Of a stretch of 64,000 bases of DNA, positions 56,015 through 64,000 are shown piece by piece. The stretch comes from Amphiscolops sp. MND2022 (lineage: Eukaryota). Location of the stretch: positions 50,158,001 through 50,222,000 of the forward strand of contig OZ076414.1 of NCBI GenBank assembly GCA_964187785.1. Direction: 5' to 3'. Position numbers and translations under genes: made by a program. Within the stretch, counting starts at the first letter, position 1. Each line of letters begins with the position of its first letter. Under the pieces are notes generated by a model. That model had not been told where the DNA came from, made no database searches, and saw nothing but the letters and a program-made list of their open reading frames with translations.

Positions 56015-57108
56015 ATGAAAGCAAGTGAAGGAAAGCAACCTAACTACCGACATCTGAGTTACAGTCGCCTGAAATTTTTTGTCTTCATTATTGCGTGGTA
56101 CGGTTTTTCGACCATCAATGTAGCTTACTCCAAACAGATTATGCAACCTTTTCTACACCGAGACAAAACGGAGCTTCTGGTCACTATTCTATTCTCGCAG
56201 TATCTTATTGCGGCCTTTCCTAACCTATTTTGGGGCGTCATTTCCCCCAAATCTCTCACATCAAGTCAGTTTTCATTTGAAAGAAATGAAGTCTTAGCTG
56301 GTTTGTTTTATATACTGGGTAACTTGGGAGCTTTGATTTCCTTAGCATTTACATCCATATCTCTGAACCAAATAATTAAAGCTTTGGAGCCTTTGTTTTC
56401 AGCTTTGTTAGCAGCTGTAATTTTCAAGAAATATCTGACAAGCCATCAATTTGTGTCAATGTTAGTTGCTGTTTCTGGAGCTTGTGTTTGCGCATTCAAG
56501 GATTTGCAATTCAATTGGTTCGCCGTTAGCATGGCTTGTTTATCAAATTTTTCAATCGCCGCGAGAAATGTGACGCTCAAACTCTCCAAGGAAAACCGAA
56601 AATCTGCTTTTCAGCAGCAGAGTGAAATTTCCCGGTGCGCAGCACTCATACTTTTACCATTTTGGGTATTCCTTGTTTCAGGATCCCTGGATAGTAGAAG
56701 CATCCTTTTAATACCTGGCGTTTGGCGATTACTTCCGATGATCATAATATCTCACGCCGTGTATAATTTCTGCTCTATATCAGTTTTATCTGTTGTTGAA
56801 AACGTGGTAGAGCATGCATTGCTCAATATAATGAAGAGGCCATTCACTATTTTTACAATCAGTGCTTTCGACTGGAAGAACTTCGAAAACCCGATCAGCC
56901 GAATTCTGGGAATATCCATTCTGATTTTTGGCCAAACGGCGTTCAAACTAAATTGGAAGTTTTCCATGCCTAGCGTCATAGGTAAAAAGAGATCTGTGTT
57001 GTCTAGAATAGTCCTTGTTTCCGCAATGTCGGCTGCTGCACATCTGTATTACTCATCACTACTTCATTACCAAAGTTTCAACATCAGAAATCATTTGTTC
57101 TTTCCTGT
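56015..57108 (+). CDS. Exon 1 of a host gene: TPT/SLC35E-like (triose-phosphate / PEP / nucleotide-sugar transporter) domain plus one extra TM helix
   Basis: WYGFSTINVAYSKQIM, NQIIKALEPLFSALL, CLSNFSIAARNVTLK, HALLNIMKRPF; about 10 hydrophobic segments. Phase-2 donor GT|GTTAGT at 57109. Confidence 0.85.
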
Positions 57109-58135
57109 GTTAGTACAGCTAAAAGCTTCCAAATTAAACTTCGGTCAAGTGAAAACGCTTCAAGCACCCGTTTTTTTAAAGAGTAATAAAATGATCAATA
57201 CTCTGAAAACAATTATTTCACTGTTGTTACACATATGTTACACAAAATCATACAATCAGCTAGTAATTTACATCTTTTTCCACATACTCACGAGACGCAA
57301 AAACACGCTTGAGAATATGTATTTCAAGAAATACGTTTAGGTTCTTTTCTGAGCCCCCACAACCATTTTTCTATAAAAAATGTGAAATGATTAGAATAAA
57401 ATGATTTGAAATCATACCGGAAATTTTAAATTTAAATACAAACTTCTGTTTTTTCTTATGAATCCACGTATTTTTTATTAGGAAATCAACAGCTTCTTTT
57501 TTTGAGTCATAAAAAAGCAGTTATTTTGAACATAATGAGTTCAAGTTTGTGAAACAAGTTTTATTCAAACGAAGACTGTTCTAATTGACGTTAACTTCAT
57601 GCCATGAAAAAAGAGTTCACTATTATTTAGGCCAACTTAAAAATTGTCTGCAACTTTTCCTCAAAAAATTTTGTTGGCAGAGGGACAGAAAAGAGCCAAA
57701 GTTTCTTCCATTGAATTTGTTTTTGACTACCAAGTTCAAGATTTCCAGTTGTAAACGAGGATCAGCCTCAGAATCTGTAGCTGAGAGCATAGGTTTGAAA
57801 AGCAACCCTCTAAAACTCTGAAGTTCGCATCTTACGAACAACAACCCCGAACACTAATTTTTAGTAAAAAAGATACTGTAAGAGACAACAAGAGGTGTAA
57901 GTCTCAAGACGCCCCGCTTAATGCTCAAAAAACGCAAAGTGTACCAAAAATGCACTAAGGGACTTCGTGCAGTGAAAACGATTTTCTTCAACTACAAAAT
58001 AGTAAATTCAGCCCAAAATTGAGGTTATTCAAGGGTGGCAGTTATGATGCATTTAAGAAGGCTAAATGCTTTTTGCACGGAATTGCAGATATTTCGTAAA
58101 AAGTGACTAAATGACTAATTGCATTGAATTTTCAG

Positions 58136-58697
58136 AAACTTGAACAACTTGGGAAACGACGAGACTCGAGCAATTGACTACCCTGGCGACAATCTATCAC
58201 CAGAGTCTATGAAGAAGTACGCGAAAAATTACTTCCAGACAAGATTCAGATTTACCATGAAGAACTTCACTTCTCCAAATTTGGAATCCTGCAGAAGCGA
58301 ACATAAAGATATTTTCTCAGAAATTTACCTCAACGTCACATGCAAAGCTTTACTTCTCCAAAATCTTTCCGAGACAGAGTTTAGTTTACTCAAGTCAATT
58401 TTTGTCTCACAATTTCCACAGTTTTACTCAAAGTCCCAAATCCGATACGTAGTGTTTCATCTTGTGCTCAATCACATAGTTCGTTACAGTTTTCAGCAAG
58501 GAGACATTAAATCCATAGGAAACTATACTCTTTTCAAAGAAGGATTTAATTTGTATTTCTTCAACCCGGGAAATTTACACAACTGGGGAGATGTGCTGGG
58601 ACCCGTTTTGGTCTCCAAGTTGTCAGATATTAATGCTTTGCAAGGTGCTAAAAGCCAGGAAGCTCCAGTTTTATATACAGTTGGCAGTATATTACAG
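58136..58697 (+). CDS. Exon 2: stem region and start of a polysaccharide pyruvyl-transferase-like domain
   Basis: Branch point GACTAAT and acceptor TTTTCAG at 58135 match phase 2. Reads NLHNWGDVLGPVLVSKLS...VLYTVGSILQ, then donor CAG|GTGAGA at 58698. Confidence 0.7.
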
Positions 58698-59253
58698 GTG
58701 AGAGAAGCTGTTTTGTTACAAATACAATGTATCAAAAGAGCGAAGCCAACTTTTTCAAGGTTGTCAAATTTCCCATTCCCTGGAACGTTGATCGTTCTGG
58801 TCATAGGTTGAATCTCTACTAGTTTTCAAAATAAAATCCGAACAAATTCTCTCGGTAATTTTATAGCTTTTGTTACCCAGTTTGTGAACTCTGAGAATAA
58901 CCTTAGAGTTCTCCACTTCAGAATTTTGATACAAATCTTGTATTTTAGTGAAAACATTGGTTAAATCATGGTTAAAAACTTCACCAAGAACGCCAAGAAT
59001 ACCTATGATCTTGCAAAAACGGTAGCCAGCTGCAGCTTGATCAATGAACAGTGGTGTTTTGAACGAAGTGCGAAATTACACTGATTCTCAAATCTCATTG
59101 GCTGATGAGGCAATGCTTCTCAAATCTTTTTGGTTTATACTTCCTGGATTACAACCACAACTTAAGTATTTCAAGTTTTCTGGGTATTACTAGGGTCAAA
59201 TTCAAATCAAAATTACGCTGAAAAAAATTCCATTCCCCTTTTTATCTTTGAAG

Positions 59254-62200
59254 TGTTTCTAGGATAAGCTCGAGAAAAAAGATAAGAATCAATGTTTACT
59301 CTAATCGTAAGGTTACTGTTATGATGTAAAATTTTAGAGTATAGGCTAAGTAGTTGCTGGTAAACGAACTAAAAATAGCAACGGAGATATAATGTTGTTT
59401 ATCAACAGTCTATTGAGTTTCTACTGTTCTACATTCCCCTTTCTGTGATTGGAGGAGAATCATCCAATGGATATCCGTTGCTGTCCTTTTTGTCGTTATG
59501 TTCGGTCGTCCTTCCATGGTCTGGTGATGTTTTCTCCGGTGTTCCGTGAGAAGCGTGTTGTATTTCCGGTTGTGGGTAAGTTGTACATCTTGGGCGATTT
59601 ACTGGTAGTCCTTTTTGTCCTGTTCCGGCATTTCGTCCGTGCACTCCGGAATTGGTGACAGGTTGAGTCGTTTTGTTGTGTTTCCTGTTATCAGATTGGT
59701 TAACTGGGTTGTCTAATCTAACGATTGGGTTTGTTTTCGTTAACCTCTTTGACCGGCGCAGGTTAGCATTTTCTAGTTGTTCTATGTCTTTCTCTATTTC
59801 AGCGCTAGAACTTAGGTTGCTTGTGAATTCTATTTCTGATAAGTCCAGTTCGATTTCTGTTTTGTTATTATTAAACGTTACCTTAACGTAATTGTCTCTG
59901 ATTTGGATCTCTTGCCCCGACCGTAGGGAGTCTCTTATTGTTTGGTCTATGTCGGAATCCGACTTTTGGTCCGTGTTTATGGTTAATGGTCCCCTCTCTG
60001 AGCTGTTTTGGTGGCCCGGTGATTGTCTGAAGATGCTGAGGCTGTGCTGTCTCTTGTCAGCCGTGGCTTTCATCTGCCAATTGTTCCTGCCCGTTTAGTG
60101 GTGGGCGGGTCTGGGCTGATATCCAGATCTTCTTCCGATTGGGATTTTTCGGGAGTAGTGGTGGCTTTGTTTGGCTTCCTGGCTTATCTCCCGTTTTGTC
60201 CTCTTTGGCAAGTCCCTCTGTTTGTTGGTTCCTGTTCAAACGTATTATTTGGTTTGCTAATGAGTTTGCGGTGAATTCTTTTATTGTCTGAAGTGGTCAC
60301 TGTATGTTTTGTTCCAGTGACTGCCGTTTGTAAGTGTTCAGAGTATGAACTTTCAAATTTTCCCCTCTGTTTTTTTCGTTCGAATAATTGAAACGGATTT
60401 TTACTCACCGTTTTTGCTCCTTTTCTCTTTTGTCTCATTGGTAGATGGTCGGAGCTACCGCCTTCTCCACTGAATGTGTATACCTGTAAGGTATCTGGTC
60501 TCGCTGAAATGAAATCATTGGTTATCGTTTTGGTTTTGTCTAATTTTTGCATGTTACTCCATTCCGTGTTCGGTTCTATGCTGAAGTGTAATTCAAATGC
60601 GGATTTTCTTAATCTAGTGTGTGGTGTTGTCCGCACTACGTTTAGAGCTAAGTCCAATGCTTTTCCGAATGGTTCTCCAGCTTCAATATTAGTTAACAGT
60701 ATTTTTTTTAGAGTTCGTACTCCTCGTTTTTCCAATAACGCATAGGAACTTTGATGCGAGCAGTTCGGCTGCCGTTCTTTCTACGAATTCGCAATTCTTT
60801 TCAATTTCTAGAATGCGTTTCCAGTTTTCTGCAGCTGATTCTTCCGGTTCTCGTTTCAAATTGAAGAAATCTGCTCTGCTATGGTGATTGTTCCGCTCGG
60901 GAATAAAGTGTAGTCTGAAAAGTGTGTAAAGTCGGTATTAGGGTAGAGAATTCGGTTCTCTTTCTCTTACCGCGTTTGTCATTTCCGTGATCGCTGACTG
61001 TCCAATCGCCCATATGAATACACCTTTGATTTCCTCTTCCAACTGTTCTGAATTAGGGTAGTATTTCTTTGGAGTTGGTCATTTTCGATAAATCTTGATA
61101 CAATAATATTGGTCATCTTGATATATTGGACGAATTTTCTCCACCATAGTTTTGCACTGGTGTGGTCGTTTTTCTCAAGGATAGGAATGGGTAACTTCTA
61201 TGTAGATGTCCTTTCTACCGATCCCGTCGTTGTATTGTTTGGGATTGACTGGCTACTGTTCTGTCCGGTTATGTTGCGTCTTCGCCTTCCATTGTTTTGT
61301 TTAAATTGCTGATTGCGCCATGTATTTCTAGGATAAGCTCGAGATAAGAGATAAGAATCAATGTTTACTCTAATCGTAGGTTTACTGATATGATTTAATC
61401 TTTTAGAGTATAGGCTAAGTAGTTGTTAGTAAACAAACTAAAAATAGCAAAGGAGATATAATGTTGTTTATCAACAGTCTATTGAGTTTCTACTGTTCTA
61501 CATTCCCCTTTCTGTGATTGGAGGAGAATCATCCAATGGATATCCGTTGCTGTCCTTTTTGTCGTTATGTTCGGTCGTCCTTCCATGGTCTGGTGATGTT
61601 TTCTCCGGTGTTCCGTGAGAAGGGTGTTGTATTTCCGGTTGTGGGTAAGTTGTACATCTTGGTCGATTTACTGGTAGTCCTTTTTGTCCTGTTCCGGCAT
61701 TTCGTCCGTGCACTCCGGAAGTGGTGACAGGTTGAGTCGTTTTGTTGTGTTTCCTGTTATCAGATTGGTTAACTGGGTTGTCTAATCTAACGATTGGGTT
61801 TGTTTTCGTTAACCTCTTTGACCGGCGCAGGTTAGCATTTTCTAGTTGTTCTATGTCTTTCTCTATTTCAGCGCTAGAACTTAGGTTGCTTGTGAATTCT
61901 AGTTCTGATAAGTCCAGTTCGATTTCTGTTTTGTTATTATTAAACGTTACCTTAACGTAATTGTCTCTGATTTGGATCTCTTGCCCCGACTGTAGGGAGT
62001 CTCTTATTGTTTGGTCTATGTCGGAATCCGACTTTTGGTCCGTGTTTATGGTTAATGGTCCCCTCTCTGAGCTGTTTTGGTGGCCCGGTGATTGTCTGAA
62101 GATGCTGAGGCTGTGCGGTCTCTTGTCAGCCGTGGCTTTCATCTGCCAATTGTTCCTGCCCGTTTAGTGGTGGGCGGGTCTGGGCTGATATCCAGATCTT

Positions 62201-64000
62201 CTTCCGATTGGGATTTTTCGGGAGTAGTGGTGGCTTTGTTTGGCTTCCTGGCTTATCTCCCGTTTTGTCCTCTTTGGCAAGTCCCTCTGTTTGTTGGTTC
62301 CTGTTCAAACGTATTATTTGGTTTGCTAATGAGTTTGCGGTGAATTCTTTTATTATCTGAAGTGGTCACTGTATGTTTTGTTCCAGTGACTGCCGTTTGT
62401 AAGTGTTCAGAGTATGAACTTTCAAATTTTCCCCTCTGTTTTTTTCGTTCGAATAATTGAAACGGATTTTTACTCACCGTTTTTGCTCCTTTTCTCTTTT
62501 GTCTCATTGGTAGATGGTCGGAGCTACCGCCTTCTCCACTGAATGTGTATACCTGTAAGGTATCTGGTCTCGCTGAAATGAAATCATTGGTTATCGTTTT
62601 GGTTTTGTCTAATTTTTGCATGTTACTCCATTCCGTGTTCGGTTCTATGCTGAAGTGTAATTCAAATGCGGATTTTCTTAATCTAGTGTGTGGTGTTGTC
62701 CGCACTACGTTTAGAGCTAAGTCCAATGCTTTTCCGAATGGTTCTCCAGCTTCAATATTAGTTAACAGTATTTTTTTTAGAGTTCGTACTCCTCGTTTTT
62801 CCAATAACGCATAGGAACTTTGATGCGAGCAGTTCGGCTGCCGTTCTTTCTACGAATTCGCAATTCTTTTCAATTTCTAGAATGCGTTTCCAGTTTTCTG
62901 CAGCTGATTCTTCCGGTTCTCGTTTCAAATTGAAGAAATCTGCTCTGCTATGGTGATTGTTCCGCTCGGGAATAAAGTGTAGTCTGAAAAGTGTGTAAAG
63001 TCGGTATTAAGGTAGAGAATTCGGTTCTCTTTCTCTTACCGCGTTTGTCATTTCCGTGATCGCTGACTGTCCAATCGCCCATATGAATACACCTTTGATT
63101 TCCTCTTCCAACTGTTCTGAATTAGGGTAGTATTTCTTTGGAGTTGGTCATTTTCGATAAATCTTGATACAATAATATTGGTCATCTTGATATATTGGAC
63201 GAATTTTCTCCACCATAGTTTTGCACTGGTGTGGTCGTTTTTCTCAAGGATAGGAATGGGTAACTTCTATGTAGATGTCCTTTCTACCGATCCCGTCGTT
63301 GTATTGTTTGGGATTGACTGGCTACTGTTCTGTCCGGTTATGTTGCGTCTTCGCCTTCCATTGTTTTGTTTAAATTGCTGATTGCGCCATGTATTTCTAG
63401 GATAAGCTCGAGATAAGAGATAAGAATCAATGTTTACTCTAATCGTAGGTTTACTGATATGATTTAATCTTTTAGAGTATAGGCTAAGTAGTTGTTAGTA
63501 AACAAACTAAAAATAGCAAAGGAGATATAATGTTGTTTATCAACAGTCTATTGAGTTTCTACTGTTCTACATTCCCCTTTCTGTGATTGGAGGAGAATCA
63601 TCCAATGGATATCCGTTGCTGTCCTTTTTGTCGTTATGTTCGGTCGTCCTTCCATGGTCTGGTGATGTTTTCTCCGGTGTTCCGTGAGAAGGGTGTTGTA
63701 TTTCCGGTTGTTGGTAAGTTGTACATCTTGGTCGATTTACTGGTAGTCCTTTTTGTCCTGTTCCGGCATTTCGTCCGTGCACTCCGGAAGTGGTGACAGG
63801 TTGAGTCGTTTTGTTGTGTTTCCTGTTATCAGATTGGTTAACTGGGTTGTCTAATCTAACGATTGGGTTTGTTTTCGTTAACCTCTTTGACCGGCGCAGG
63901 TTAGCATTTTCTAGTTGTTCTATGTCTTTCTCTATTTCAGCGCTAGAACTTAGGTTGCTTGTGAATTCTAGTTCTGATAAGTCCAGTTCGATTTCTGTTT
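59254..64000 (-). repeat. Tandem array (2069-bp period, at least 2.3 units) of an internally deleted Gypsy: LTR, gag 5' part, integrase 3' part, PPT, LTR
   Basis: ORFs recur at +2069 (59429 / 61498 / 63567). LTRs 59254-59433, 61321-61502, 63390-63571 with PPT AGAAAGGGGAA and PBS-like TGGCGCAATC. Gag (AAELLASKFL) is joined to integrase (RGVRTLKK) near 60735. Confidence 0.93.

Noticed and set aside
55769-56146. 125-aa minus-strand ORF overlapping the transporter start
   Set aside because: No motif; overlaps the upstream region and first codons of the better-supported plus-strand gene.
57109-57340. C-terminal 77 codons of the 441-aa ORF as real protein
   Set aside because: Composition turns AT-rich and intron-like after the GTTAGT donor; interpreted as read-through into the intron.

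Overview
Eukaryotic (animal, AT-rich, spliceosomal introns) window that is mostly nested retrotransposons, with one host gene near the right end. The families resemble ones I associate with marine invertebrates such as acoels; that is a guess. Left to right: (1) a CRE-like non-LTR element with an SGNH-esterase ORF upstream (1-3182, -). (2) A degenerate Gypsy element (4946-25237, +) whose integrase ends in an ING-type PHD finger. (3) Inserted into that integrase, a young (LTRs ~99% identical, CTAAG target-site duplication) 14.25-kb env-bearing Gypsy/errantivirus-like element (9130-23383, -). It has gag, a -1 frameshift signal, pol (PR, dUTPase-like, RT, RH, IN, macro-like) and an F-type env. 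In antisense it carries a 3-exon spliced JmjC 2OG/Fe(II) dioxygenase gene and a small membrane-protein ORF; this is the headline candidate for an undescribed system, a retroelement possibly carrying its own chromatin-modifying enzyme. (4) A second CRE element split by a full BEL/Pao insertion (27830-35265). (5) An assembly gap, then decayed CR1-like, MITE and Gypsy copies. (6) A host gene predicted to fuse a TPT-family transporter to a polysaccharide pyruvyl-transferase domain (56015-58697 onward). (7) A 2069-bp tandem array of an internally deleted LTR element in that gene's presumed intron, running off the window. All domain calls come from motif recognition by eye; no searches were run.
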